Part shown: positions 54,140 to 64,000 of the stretch, piece by piece
How the letters are laid out: each line of letters opens with the position of its first letter
How positions within the stretch are numbered: position 1 is the first letter of the stretch
Assembly: GCA_016936355.1 (NCBI GenBank)
Contig: JAFGYB010000006.1
Location: forward strand, 16,019 to 80,018
Source of the DNA: Bacteroidales bacterium
Lineage (GTDB): Bacteria > Bacteroidota > Bacteroidia > Bacteroidales > F082
Length of the DNA: 64,000 bases
Direction: 5' to 3'
The notes under the pieces: model-generated
What the model was told of the DNA's origin: nothing
Databases searched by the model: none
The model's input: the letters and a program-made list of their open reading frames with translations, nothing else
Position numbers and translations under genes: made by a program

Positions 54140-55864
54140 TTATTGATGGGGTTCCAAAATCATTTCATTCACTGCTTTCCCCGGTTCGATCATCGGGAAA
54201 ATATTTCCTTCTTTCTCCACCGATACTTCCAGCAAAAAAGCTTCTTTGCTTTCCAGCATCCCGGCCACAGCTTCAGAAATGTCTTCCCGCCGGACTACTT
54301 TCTGACCATCGATCCCGAATCCCTGAGCAACTTTTACAAAATCGGGGTTGACCAGTTCGGTGGAAGCGTAGCGCTTGTGGTAAAACATATCCTGCCACTG
54401 ACGCACCATACCCAAGAAATCGTTGTTCAGCAACACGATTTTTACGGGGATTTTGTATTGCAAAATGGTTCCCAGCTCCTGAATGGTCATCTGGAGACCG
54501 CCATCCCCCACAAAGAGAATCACTTCCTTATCGGGATCAGCCAGTTTGGCACCAATAGCTGCCGGCAAGCCAAACCCCATGGTTCCCATACCTCCAGAAG
54601 TAATCAAACTGTTGGTTTCCGTGAATTGAAAATAGCGGGCTGCGGCCATCTGATGCTGGCCCACATCGGTAACAACAATGGCCTTCCCCTCTGTTTTTTC
54701 CGAAATCATACGAATTACCTCCCCCATCCGGATTTTTCCCGTGGCGGGGGCTGTTTCACCCTGAACCACTTTTTTCTGCTCCTGCATGTCCATCGACCGG
54801 AAACTCTGCAGCCAATCCGAATGTTCGTTTTCGTAAATCATAGGAAGCAGCGCCCGCAACGCTTCCCGGGCATCAGCATTCATCTCCACATCCACCGACA
54901 CATTCTTGTTAATCTCCGCCTTATCAATTTCTATATGAATGATTTTAGCATTTCTTGCGTATCCTGATAGTTTTCCCGTCACACGGTCATCGAAACGCAT
55001 ACCCACGGCAATGAGCAAATCTGCATTGTTGGTATTCACATTGGGGGCATAATTCCCGTGCATCCCCAGCAATCCTACCGACAAGGGGTGATCCTCGGGA
55101 AAGGCAGAAATGCCCAGCAGTGTATAGGCAACCGGAATACCGGCTTTTTCAGCCAGTGCTTTCAGTTCTTCCTGCGCATGAGAGATCAGTATACCGTGTC
55201 CGGCAAGAATCATAGGCCTTTTGGCTTCATTGATCATTTGAGCAGCATCCACCAATACATCCTGATTTAAAACAGGCAATTTAGGATTGTAACTACGAAT
55301 CCAGCTGCATTTCTGATAGGAAAACTCCGTTAAACCCTGCAAGGCATCCTTGGTTATATCAATCAATACCGGACCCGGGCGACCCGAACCGGCAATGAAA
55401 AAAGCCTTGGCCAGTATATCAGAAATCTCATGAGCATATTTTACCTGATAATTCCATTTGGTTACCGGAGCTGAGATTCCCAGAATATCAGTTTCCTGAA
55501 AAGCATCCGTACCGATAAGACTGGAAATCACCTGCGCCGTGATAAACACGACCGGCACCGAATCTAGAAATGCGTTGGCAATGCCTGTCACCAGATTGGT
55601 TGCTCCGGGTCCGGATGTGGCAAAACAAACCGCTGTTTTACCACTGACCTGAGCAAATGCCTGGGCTGCATGTGCTGCTCCCTGCTCATGCCGGGTCAGG
55701 ATGTGAGTCATTCGTTCTTCTTCATCGATGAGCTCATCGTAAATAGGCATAATGGCTCCGCCCGGATATCCGAATATGGTATCCACTCCTTCTTCCAGTA
55801 GCGCATTAATAACCACTCTGGCGCCACTGATTTTATTTTTTGATCCTGTTATAAACATAGCCAA
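54140..55864 (-). CDS. ilvB: Acetolactate synthase large subunit
   Basis: It has the N-terminal [18 protein letters not shown] and the ThDP-binding motif [14 protein letters not shown]...NN. Confidence 0.9.
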   Translation of the reverse strand: MAMFITGSKNKISGARVVINALLEEGVDTIFGYPGGAIMPIYDELIDEEERMTHILTRHEQGAAHAAQAFAQVSGKTAVCFATSGPGATNLVTGIANAFLDSVPVVFITAQVISSLIGTDAFQETDILGISAPVTKWNYQVKYAHEISDILAKAFFIAGSGRPGPVLIDITKDALQGLTEFSYQKCSWIRSYNPKLPVLNQDVLVDAAQMINEAKRPMILAGHGILISHAQEELKALAEKAGIPVAYTLLGISAFPEDHPLSVGLLGMHGNYAPNVNTNNADLLIAVGMRFDDRVTGKLSGYARNAKIIHIEIDKAEINKNVSVDVEMNADAREALRALLPMIYENEHSDWLQSFRSMDMQEQKKVVQGETAPATGKIRMGEVIRMISEKTEGKAIVVTDVGQHQMAAARYFQFTETNSLITSGGMGTMGFGLPAAIGAKLADPDKEVILFVGDGGLQMTIQELGTILQYKIPVKIVLLNNDFLGMVRQWQDMFYHKRYASTELVNPDFVKVAQGFGIDGQKVVRREDISEAVAGMLESKEAFLLEVSVEKEGNIFPMIEPGKAVNEMILEPHQ

Positions 55865-55889
55865 AAGTTTAAGTTTTTTGTTTCATGCT

Positions 55890-57716
55890 TTAAATTAATC
55901 GTATGGCTCCCCTGTCTGCTGACGAAACCAGGGAAGCGTAGGCTTTCAACGCCCGTGAAATGGACCGTTCTCTGCCCCCCGGAGTAAAAGCTTCGGGCCC
56001 GCGAGCGTCCTCTGCAGCTCGACGCTTACTCAAGACTTCATCAGAGACCAGTAACTGTATACTTCTGTTGGAAATATCAAAGGAAATTTCATCTCCATCC
56101 TGCACCAATGCAAGGGTTCCTCCGGAAGCAGCTTCGGGAGACACATGCCCCACCGAAAGCCCTGAAGTCCCTCCTGAAAACCGACCATCCGTCAACAGGG
56201 CGCAGTACTTATCCAGATTTTTTGATTTCAGATAGGAAGTGGGATAGAGCATTTCCTGCATTCCCGGTCCGCCTTTAGGTCCCTCGTAGCGGATCACTAC
56301 CACATCTCCTTTTTTCACCTTTCCGTCCAGAATACCCTCCACAGCAGCCTCCTGTGACTCGAATACTTTAGCCTTCCCTCTGAAGGAAAACATCTCCGGT
56401 ATTACACCAGCCGTCTTAACAATACATCCGTCTTCGGCCAGGTTCCCGAAAAGTACTGCCAGTCCGCCGTCCTGGTTATACGCATGTTCCACATCCCGGA
56501 TACATCCTTTCCCACGGTCCACATCGAGACTTTCATAATAGTTTCTTTGCGAACCCATTCTTAAACTGGGCACAAAGGCAGGAGCACTGGCATATATCTT
56601 CTCTGCTTCTTTCGAATGATTTTCTCTGCCAATGTCGTATTGATCGATAGCAGATTTCAGATCCGGTGTATCTACACGGTATACCGATGTATCCAGCAAC
56701 CCGGCTTTTTCCAATTCACCCATAATGGCAATGACACCGCCTGCACGGTTCACATCCTGCATGTGATAATGAGAACTGGGAGCGACTTTACACAGGTTGG
56801 GAACAATTCGGGATAAACCATCAATATCTTCCATTGTAAAAGGCACCTTCGCCTCATGGGCAACAGCCAATAAGTGCAGCACTGTATTGGTGGATCCTCC
56901 CATGGCAATATCTACCGTCATGGCATTCAAAAAAGCCTGCCGGGTAGCAATGGCCCGGGGCAATACACTTTCGTCTCCATCGCGGTAATACCGATACGTA
57001 TTTTCCACAATAATTCGGGCTGCTTTTTCAAACATCTCAGTACGATTTTCGTGGGTAGCCACCACGCTGCCGTTTCCGGGAAGAGCCAGTCCCAACGCTT
57101 CATTCAAACAGTTCATGGAATTAGCTGTAAACATCCCCGAACAGGAACCACAGGTCGGGCAGGCCGACTGTTCCACAGCCAACAACGTTTGATCGTCTAC
57201 CGACTGATCGGCAGCCATTACCATGGCATCCACTAGGTCATAATGCTTTCCGTTAAACGATCCGGCTTCCATGGGGCCACCCGAAACAAAAATGGTGGGG
57301 ATGTTCAGACGCATGGCTGCCATCAGCATTCCAGGTGTAATCTTATCACAGTTACTGATGCAGATCATTGCGTCCACCTTGTGGGCATTGCATACATATT
57401 CCACGCTGTCGGCAATCAGATCCCGCGACGGTAAGGAATACAACATACCATCGTGACCCATGGCAATACCATCATCAATGGCAATGGTATTGAACTCCGC
57501 GGCAAAACAACCTTGCTGCTGAATCAGCTGTTTTAATTTTTGCCCTACTTCATGCAGATGCACATGCCCCGGAACAAACTGGGAAAACGAATTAACAATG
57601 GCAATGACCGGTTCTTTAAAATGAGCTTCCTGCATGCCGTTAGCACGCCAAAGACTACGGGCTCCTGCCATGTTTCTTCCCTGTGTTGTTGTATTACTCC
57701 TTAATTTGTTTTTCAT
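55890..57716 (-). CDS. ilvD: Dihydroxy-acid dehydratase
   Basis: It has the CDKITPGM motif and Fe-S cluster Cys contexts ([20 protein letters not shown]), plus [12 protein letters not shown] chose the start at [10 protein letters not shown] because the terminator hairpin lies inside the longer ORF extension. Confidence 0.9.
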   Translation of the reverse strand: MKNKLRSNTTTQGRNMAGARSLWRANGMQEAHFKEPVIAIVNSFSQFVPGHVHLHEVGQKLKQLIQQQGCFAAEFNTIAIDDGIAMGHDGMLYSLPSRDLIADSVEYVCNAHKVDAMICISNCDKITPGMLMAAMRLNIPTIFVSGGPMEAGSFNGKHYDLVDAMVMAADQSVDDQTLLAVEQSACPTCGSCSGMFTANSMNCLNEALGLALPGNGSVVATHENRTEMFEKAARIIVENTYRYYRDGDESVLPRAIATRQAFLNAMTVDIAMGGSTNTVLHLLAVAHEAKVPFTMEDIDGLSRIVPNLCKVAPSSHYHMQDVNRAGGVIAIMGELEKAGLLDTSVYRVDTPDLKSAIDQYDIGRENHSKEAEKIYASAPAFVPSLRMGSQRNYYESLDVDRGKGCIRDVEHAYNQDGGLAVLFGNLAEDGCIVKTAGVIPEMFSFRGKAKVFESQEAAVEGILDGKVKKGDVVVIRYEGPKGGPGMQEMLYPTSYLKSKNLDKYCALLTDGRFSGGTSGLSVGHVSPEAASGGTLALVQDGDEISFDISNRSIQLLVSDEVLSKRRAAEDARGPEAFTPGGRERSISRALKAYASLVSSADRGAIRLI

Positions 57717-57734
57717 ATTCAAAATGTATTGCTC

Positions 57735-57762
57735 AAAAAAAAACCCCCCGAAAATCGGAGAG
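57735..57762 (-). terminator. Attenuator terminator in the ilv leader
   Basis: The minus-strand RNA is CUCUCCG-AUUUU-CGGGGGG followed by U9, with a 7-bp stem including two G-U pairs. It lies 19 nt upstream of the ilvD ATG. Confidence 0.6.
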
Positions 57763-57798
57763 TTTGACTTGGTGACTAACACAACATCCCTCCGATTT
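57752..57798 (-). promoter_or_regulatory. Antiterminator stem of the ilv attenuator
   Basis: Minus-strand AAAUCGGAGGG (57798-57788) pairs over 11 bp with CUCUCCGAUUU (57762-57752). That segment includes the 5' arm of the terminator. Confidence 0.55.
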
Positions 57799-57862
57799 AC
57801 TGGCTGTATCCAATAAGAAGAATAATGGAGAGAATAATATGCCTTATGATAAATGCTGTCAT
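57797..57862 (-). CDS. ilv leader peptide (21 aa, [21 protein letters not shown])
   Basis: I translated it by hand from the ATG at 57862 to the TAA at 57799-57797. It has 7 Ile and 3 Leu among 21 codons. The stop codon abuts the antiterminator arm. Confidence 0.55.
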   Translation of the reverse strand: MTAFIIRHIILSIILLIGYSQ

Positions 57863-58121
57863 TGCTACTTTCAACGGAGTAAAAGTAGAGTATTTTTCAT
57901 ACGAGCAAATTTTTCTGAAATTCTGACAAAAGAGCTTCAAACCACAGATAAATCGTAACCAAATGAATTTCAGCAAAAAGTGCAGAAGAATACCAAACAA
58001 GGGGTTAAGAAAAAGAAAAATCCTCCTTGTTCACCTACAAACGTTTGCAACAAATGATCTCAGGAAATTTCAGGAGCCGGTTAAGCAAAAATGGGAAAAC
58101 AAAAGAAATTGGAGAAAAAGA

Positions 58122-59249
58122 TTAAATATTCTTGATAAAACACCTTCTGCGTTTGTGCTGGATGTGGTCAAAGTTTTTCCAGTTTGTAATGGCTTTGTGG
58201 TTCATCTCAAATTCCCCGGTAGTTTCCACAAATTTAGCCCCGTCTTCGAGCATTTGATTTTGAATTTCGGTATACATCAAAACGGCAGCCCCTTGGGTTT
58301 CGTACCCGGGTTTAACGCCTGCAAGGAAGAAATCCAACACATCGGGGTTCTTCATTGCCTTCATAATATGATAGAATCCAAAGGGAAATAATTTTCCGTT
58401 GGCTTTTTGCATGGCTTCTGACAATGAAGGAACCGCCACCATAAATCCAATGATCTCATCCTCCTTTTTGACCATATAAACATACCGGGGATTGATCACT
58501 TTCAGATACTTTTTCTTATACATATCCATCATCTCCTTATCGAAGGGAACGACAAAAGGAAGAACAGCAAATGCTTCATTCAACACGTCAAAGATGGCAT
58601 CTGCATAATTCAGTAGCTCGCTGGTTTTCTTAAACCGCAATACTTCAAATCCATATCTTTTTTTGATCAATGCCACCCCCCGATTTGATTTCTCAATGGC
58701 TTCCTTTCCTAATGTAAGCCTGAATTCTACCCAATCCACTTCTTTTTCGAAACCATAATCGGCAATGTACTGATGATAATAAGGCAGGTGATATACCGAA
58801 GCAACTGAAGGCAAATGCTCAAACCCTTCAATCAACAAACCCTGAGTATCCAGATTGGTATAGCCCAAGGGTCCGTGCACTTTTTCCATCCCCATTTCCT
58901 TCAACCAGGAAATAGCTGTATCCATCAGTAAAGTAAACGCCTCGGCATCATCAAAAAATTCAAGCTTAAAAAAACGCCCCAGTTTTTCCCCTACTTTTTC
59001 ATTGTACTTGTGATTAATTATCGCCATGATTCGTCCTACCACCTGTTCATCGCGATAAGCCAACCAATACTTTGTATCACTAAAACGCATGGAGGGATTG
59101 GTTTCCGGATCCAGGGCCTTCAATTCATCCGATTTGATCGGGGGCACCCAGTAGGGATTCTCTTTGTACACGGAAAAAGGCAATTCAACAAATGCTTTTT
59201 TCTCTTTTCTTGAAGTAACTTCCTGAATTTGAAGGGACATGTTTTTCAA
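58122..59249 (-). CDS. GNAT-like N-acyltransferase family protein (two-lobed, function unknown)
   Basis: It is 375 aa. The N-terminal pattern KKAFVELPFSVYKENPYWVPP recurs in Bacteroidota proteins annotated as GNAT-family. This assignment is from memory and has low specificity. Confidence 0.45.
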   Translation of the reverse strand: MKNMSLQIQEVTSRKEKKAFVELPFSVYKENPYWVPPIKSDELKALDPETNPSMRFSDTKYWLAYRDEQVVGRIMAIINHKYNEKVGEKLGRFFKLEFFDDAEAFTLLMDTAISWLKEMGMEKVHGPLGYTNLDTQGLLIEGFEHLPSVASVYHLPYYHQYIADYGFEKEVDWVEFRLTLGKEAIEKSNRGVALIKKRYGFEVLRFKKTSELLNYADAIFDVLNEAFAVLPFVVPFDKEMMDMYKKKYLKVINPRYVYMVKKEDEIIGFMVAVPSLSEAMQKANGKLFPFGFYHIMKAMKNPDVLDFFLAGVKPGYETQGAAVLMYTEIQNQMLEDGAKFVETTGEFEMNHKAITNWKNFDHIQHKRRRCFIKNI

Positions 59250-59495
59250 CTTTGATCATACAAACATAAGCAAAAACAATCAGGCATAAGGACTTCTTTT
59301 TTCAATAATTTATTCGTTATTTTAACAGATTAACTTAACTTTGTGAAGTTCATCTGAGCCAGCTCAACCAGGAATAAACTGAATCATTTGACAATTAACC
59401 TAAAAAATTAAACTGTGCGTATTGATCTATATCGGTATCGCTATTATTTGGAACCCTTTTTCCTGTTATGTTTGTGATTTACTACAAATTCGAAT

Positions 59496-61807
59496 ATGAA
59501 TCAAGATAAAATCATACAGATTCTTGTCGTGGGGGATCGTGAATTACCAGAACACCTGACAACTGTTTTGAATGATACTATCGATCATTACGAGGTTCAA
59601 AAAACAAGCAACAGACAAGAATTCATCCGGATGCTGGACCAGCAATTTTTTGATGTGATCATTGCCCGGGAGGAAAGCGATTCCATTGACATAGATAAAA
59701 TACTGAAATACAGGAATAAAAATTTCCCGTTGATCCCGTTTATCCTGTTAATGAAAGAGCAAAATGAGGACAGCCTGTTGAACTATCTGTTCAAGGGTGT
59801 GGATGAATGCATTTTTGAGGAAAAAGGCGACAACGTGGGCCTATCCATCAAAAAAGCAATGGCCCGAAAAAAGAGAGAAAAGGAAAAAGTTTATACCCAA
59901 CAAAGCCTCTTTTATGAAAAAGAGTTTTACCAAAATATTTTTGAGCTGAGTCCTATCGGCCTCATTCTGGAAGACAGCGAAGGAAATGTACTGGATGCCA
60001 ACGGAGTGATTCTGAAAATAACAGGATATACCAAAGAGGAACTGATCGGGAAAAACATCAGCATCTTTGCTCCCAAAGAGGACCATGAGAAAGTCAAAGA
60101 AGACATTAAAAGTATTCTGAATGGAAAGATCCTTCGTCAGGAGGTGATAAATGTTGACAAATCAGGCAAACACAGACACCATACAGAAATCATTGAAACC
60201 CGCATTCAGCTTCCCGATGGCTCCATGGGTATTTTATCCATCAACAACGACATCAGTCTGCAAAAGAAAGCTGAAGAGGACCTCTTGAAAAGCAATAAGA
60301 GCCTGGCACTGGCCCAAAAAATTGGGAAGATCGGAACCTGGGATTATGATTTGATGGATGACAAACTCTTTTGGTCTGACGAAGTGTTTCATCAGCTTGG
60401 TCTTGAACCCGGGAGTGTGATCCCTTCCCAAGAACTTTTCCTTTCCTTCGTTCACAAGGACGACAAAAAGAGAGTAAATGAAGCCATTCAAAACACTTTC
60501 GAGAAGGATGAAGCCTATGATTTAAACATCAATATGTTGCGCAGTGATGGAACTTCATGGATAAGCCATACGGTAGGTGCCCTGATCAAAAACGAAGCCG
60601 GAAAAGTTACCCATTTTCTAGGGATACAGCAAGACATTACCGACTATATCAAGATCACCAACGAATTGATCGAAGCCAAAGATAAAGCCGAAGAATCTAA
60701 CCGACTGAAATCGGAATTTTTGGCCAATCTTTCCCATGAAATCCGGACTCCGATGAATGGAATCATCGGTTTTTCAAGCCTGCTGGAACAGGAAGTATTG
60801 AATGATGAGGAAAGAAAAAACTTCTCACATATCATTATCAATAGCAGCAGACAGTTGTTGCGCATCATTGATGATATTCTGGAAATATCCAAATTACAAA
60901 CCAAACAAATTAAGATTCTGAAAGAGGAAGTCAACCTTTCGGATGTATTACTCGAGTTATTCAGCATATTTGATCTCAAGGCCAAACAAGCCGGTCTGCA
61001 CATGTATTTAAAGAATCAACTAAGCGAAGAAGAATACATGGTCAACACCGATGCCAGTAAATTAAAGAAGATACTCAGCAACCTCCTGGAGAACGCATTT
61101 AAATTCACCAAAGAAGGGCATATTGAACTGGGGTTAAAAAAGGAAAAAAATCTGTATGTATTTTGTGTAAAAGATACCGGATTGGGGATCAAAAAGGAAA
61201 TGCAGCAGATTATCTTTGAGAGGTTTTCACAGGAAGAAAAAGAAATCTCCCAAAAAAAAGGAGGTTTGGGTCTGGGGTGTCCATTGCTATGGAAAATGCC
61301 CAGCTACTGGGAGGAAATATTAGAGTAGTATCAGAAAAAGGTGAAGGTTCAACATTTTTTGTAGAAATCCCTATGGAAGAAACAGTGAACACAGAGGTAG
61401 TAACACAAACAGACAGGCAATTATCAGAGAACAGGCCGTTAATTCTTGTTGCTGAAGACGAAGAAGTCAATTATCAGTATATTGAGATCCTCTTGCGTAA
61501 ATTCCCAATACCGATTGACATTCATCATGTGATGAACGGACAGGAAGCTGTTACCTATTGTCAGAACGGGCATAAGGTGGATATGATCCTGATGGACATT
61601 AAAATGCCGGAAATGAATGGGATCGAAGCTACGAAACTCATCAGGGAAAAACATCCTCTTTTGCCGATCGTTGCTCAAACTGCTTATGCCCGTGTTGAAG
61701 ATAAAGAAGCTGCACTGGCTGCAGGTTGTAACGAATATCTGTCCAAGCCCTTCAGAAAAGATCACTTTTACGAAATGATGGCCCACTACCTGGCCCAATA
61801 CTTATAA
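59496..61807 (+). pseudogene. Hybrid sensor kinase (pseudo-REC, PAS, PAS, HisKA, HATPase, REC) interrupted by a -1 frameshift in a G run
   Basis: ORF 59496-61328 ends inside the G2 box (GGLGLG then out of frame). ORF 61277-61807 continues in another frame with VSIAMENAQLLGGNIRVVSEKGEGSTFF plus a receiver (MILMDIKMPEMNG). One extra G at 61274-61277 would give GGLGLGVSIAMENA. Confidence 0.75.
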
Positions 61808-62392
61808 TTCCTGATGGTATTCTTTTAGAAAAGCTACCAGCTTTTGAACAGCACGTCCCCGGTGACTGATGGAGTTTTTTAGTTCCATGGTCATTTCTGA
61901 GAATGTTTCATTGTATCCGTCAGGCATAAAAACCGGATCGTAACCAAAACCGTCGCTACCCCTGCGTTCAAAAATTATTTTCCCTTCAACCGTACCTTCA
62001 AAAAAATACTCCTTTCCTTCCAGCAATAAGGAAATAACTGTCTTAAACCGGGCACTCCGATGATTTGTATCACCCAGTTCCAGCAACAACTTCTCCACGT
62101 TTTGTTCGTAAGTAGCAGTTTCTCCGGCATACCGTGCCGAATACACACCGGGCGCTCCGTTCAGCGCATCCACTTCCAGTCCCGTATCGTCAGCAAAACA
62201 ATCCATCTGTAGCTTTTCTTTTACGTAACGCGACTTAATGGAAGCATTTTCAAAAAGCGTTTCACCCGTTTCCGGGATGTCTTCCTTGATTCCCATCTCA
62301 TCCAAAGAGACCACCTCATACAATCCGGATAAAATATTTTTCAGTTCAAGCAGCTTATGAGCATTATGAGTAGCAAAGATTATTTTATGCAT
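61802..62392 (-). CDS. rdgB: RdgB/HAM1 family non-canonical purine NTP pyrophosphatase
   Basis: It has IIFATHNAHKLLE, FADDTGLEVDALNGAPGVYSARY, FGYDPVF and SHRG motifs. I preferred the ATG at 62392 over the TTG at 62413. Confidence 0.85.
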   Translation of the reverse strand: MHKIIFATHNAHKLLELKNILSGLYEVVSLDEMGIKEDIPETGETLFENASIKSRYVKEKLQMDCFADDTGLEVDALNGAPGVYSARYAGETATYEQNVEKLLLELGDTNHRSARFKTVISLLLEGKEYFFEGTVEGKIIFERRGSDGFGYDPVFMPDGYNETFSEMTMELKNSISHRGRAVQKLVAFLKEYHQEL

Positions 62393-62413
62393 GGAAACAA
62401 AATTTTTCCGCAA

Positions 62414-62447
62414 AAATAAAAAAGCCCCTGCTTTAAAAACAGAGGCC
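62414..62447 (-). terminator. Probable rho-independent terminator after the DUF2202 gene
   Basis: The minus strand reads gcctctg-tttttaaag-caggggc followed by ttttttattttt. The stem has one G-U pair. Confidence 0.45.
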
Positions 62448-62464
62448 GGTGTTAAGTTTTATTT

Positions 62465-63109
62465 TTAATACAGGGCGCCACAGGGTTCGTGGCGCCTGTT
62501 GATGATGGCTGCATATTCCTCATCCGAAATATGCACTGGAATATAATTCACTCCGAATCTGTTCAGCTGAAAGGTAAAAGCCCTGAGGTGGTTTCGGGAA
62601 CCGCAGTTTAAAAAGGAAAATACGGCATAAATTTCTTTATTCTTTGTTCTGGCCATAAAATTTTGCAGATCATAGATATCCACATCTTCTATGGCTGCCC
62701 CCACCAGTAATGCATCGGTCAACGATTTTTTTCCTTTTTCCATTAAATCATCGTAAAGTTTCTGAATCTCCCGATTCCTAAAAACACCTCTTTCTGTGGA
62801 GGCAGGATCTGACAAGCCATTTGCTTCAATTATGCGCAGCACTTCATCCATATGTACCTGCTCACTGGAAGAAATATTGGCAAAAATATTGAGTCCGTAA
62901 AGTTCAGACAAACCAAGATATACGTCTCTTGCCATTTTCTCTTCTTCACGCATCTGCATCAAAGAAATTGAATCTTCTGCACTCAAAGGAAGACTACCCG
63001 ATTCGCCCGGGTTTATTTTGGCACTGGATGTGAAGAAAAATCCCGTTGCCAATAGAACAAACAATGCTCCCAAAAAAGTTGCCGGTTTTCTTTCTTTCAA
63101 CGATTTCAT
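62465..63109 (-). CDS. DUF2202 (ferritin-like) domain protein with a signal peptide
   Basis: It has a signal/anchor (FLGALFVLLATGFFFTSSA). The motif MREEEKMARDVYLGLSELYGLNIFANISSSEQVHMD is typical of DUF2202 four-helix-bundle proteins. Confidence 0.65.
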   Translation of the reverse strand: MKSLKERKPATFLGALFVLLATGFFFTSSAKINPGESGSLPLSAEDSISLMQMREEEKMARDVYLGLSELYGLNIFANISSSEQVHMDEVLRIIEANGLSDPASTERGVFRNREIQKLYDDLMEKGKKSLTDALLVGAAIEDVDIYDLQNFMARTKNKEIYAVFSFLNCGSRNHLRAFTFQLNRFGVNYIPVHISDEEYAAIINRRHEPCGALY

Positions 63110-63267
63110 AGTCTTAAAATGTTTGTATAAATTTCGTTATTATTCGTTCATCCCCCATCCCAAAATTACAACTAATAACCTTTTTAAGAGAATCTTAAGA
63201 AACTGTCGATTTCTTGATACAAGAAAAGCCGTTTTTTTGTATTTTCATGCAAAACAGAATATTACAG

Positions 63268-63954
63268 ATGAAACGGATACTTGTTATCGAGGATGAACCG
63301 GGAATCTCCGGGTTTTTAAAAGAAGGGCTGGAAGAAGAAGGTTTTCAAATAGATGTGGCCGAAGATGGAACAACGGGACTTCAGAAATTCAAAAACCATT
63401 CTTTTGACCTGATTCTGATGGACTGGATGCTGCCGGGAATGTCGGGAGTGGAAGTTACAGAACAAATAAGAAAGGTCAACGCCGATGTTCCCATCATTTT
63501 CCTGACAGCCAAAGATACGGTGCAGGACACCATATTGGGGTTGCGTTCGGGGGCCAACGATTATTTAAAAAAGCCATTCAGCTTTTCCGAGTTACTCGAA
63601 CGAATTAAAGTCCATTTCAGAAACGGTTCAAAAGACAAGAAAGTGATCACTTATGGGCCACTGAATCTCGATCCGGTTCAAAGAACAGTTACAAAAGAAG
63701 AATCCGTCATTACCCTTACACAAAAAGAATTTGACCTGTTGCATTTTTTAATGAAAAACATGAACAGTGTATGCACACGCAAAGAAATTCTCGATAAGGT
63801 GTGGGATATTCATTTTGAGTACAGTTCCGGGGTTATCGATGTTTACATCAATGCACTGAGAAAAAAATTCCAGCTCCCCAAAGAGTATAGTTTCATAGAA
63901 ACAGTATGGGGTATCGGATACATGATTAAAGAACACGAAACCGAACAAGCATGA
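63268..63954 (+). CDS. OmpR/PhoB-family response regulator
   Basis: The REC domain has ILVIEDEPGI, DLILMDWMLPGMSG and LTAKD. The winged-helix output has LTQKEFDLLHFLMKN and VWGIGY. Confidence 0.9.
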   Translation: MKRILVIEDEPGISGFLKEGLEEEGFQIDVAEDGTTGLQKFKNHSFDLILMDWMLPGMSGVEVTEQIRKVNADVPIIFLTAKDTVQDTILGLRSGANDYLKKPFSFSELLERIKVHFRNGSKDKKVITYGPLNLDPVQRTVTKEESVITLTQKEFDLLHFLMKNMNSVCTRKEILDKVWDIHFEYSSGVIDVYINALRKKFQLPKEYSFIETVWGIGYMIKEHETEQA

Positions 63955-64000
63955 AATTAGGATTTAAAGAACGGCTGGCTTTTTGGTATCTGCTAAGTAC
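63951..64000 (+). CDS. Probable cognate sensor histidine kinase, 5' fragment (runs off the window)
   Basis: Its ATG overlaps the regulator stop (ATGA). The translation MKLGFKERLAFWYLLS is typical of an OmpR-partner kinase start, but only 16 codons are visible. Confidence 0.4.
   Translation, partial: MKLGFKERLAFWYLLS

Noticed and set aside
57797-58000. The full 67-aa ORF (MFGILLHFLLKFIW...) upstream of ilvD as a real protein.
   Set aside because: Only the last 21 codons, from the internal ATG at 57862, make sense as an Ile/Leu-rich leader peptide coupled to the attenuator. The longer form has no support and would start in AT-rich promoter-like sequence.

Overview
The window looks like a Bacteroidota-type chromosomal segment. 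Supporting signs are a T9SS C-terminal sorting domain, TAnnTTTG-type promoter boxes, weak or absent Shine-Dalgarno sequences, and surE-lpxB and ddl/PASTA/rluD neighbourhoods. It is densely coding. I see no transposase, integrase, prophage, rRNA or CRISPR array. Recognisable content: (a) a six-gene beta-1,4-galactan/galactose operon at 8.6-17.2 kb, led by a Nudix-type regulator; (b) pyrBI; (c) rlmF, DUF502, surE, lpxB, comEC and tRNA-Asp; (d) a TonB-dependent receptor, YfiR-like protein and multi-kinase phosphorelay cluster at 40.1-46.7 kb; (e) ddl, PASTA, rluD and pyrH; (f) an ilvD-ilvB-ilvN-ilvC operon; (g) further two-component genes at the right end. Candidates for something undescribed: (1) a tightly packed five-gene operon at 1-5.8 kb (transglutaminase-fold/propeller protein, beta-solenoid protein with a channel-like anchor, two unknown polytopic membrane proteins, SUKH-TPR protein), with a convergent tandem CbbX/SpoVK AAA+ ATPase that has a duplicated N-terminal domain; (2) the TBDR-YfiR-kinase cluster, read as a YfiBNR-like module rewired onto a phosphorelay; (3) an apparently complete classical leader-peptide attenuator upstream of ilvD, with a 21-aa peptide that is 10/21 Ile/Leu; (4) a family of modular intergenic repeats around 25-32 kb that brackets a GC-rich NAD(P)H-binding gene; (5) a secreted protein made of five ~47-aa repeats; (6) a hybrid kinase split by a 1-nt loss in a G run. 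All functional calls come from motifs read in the supplied translations. No database search was possible.
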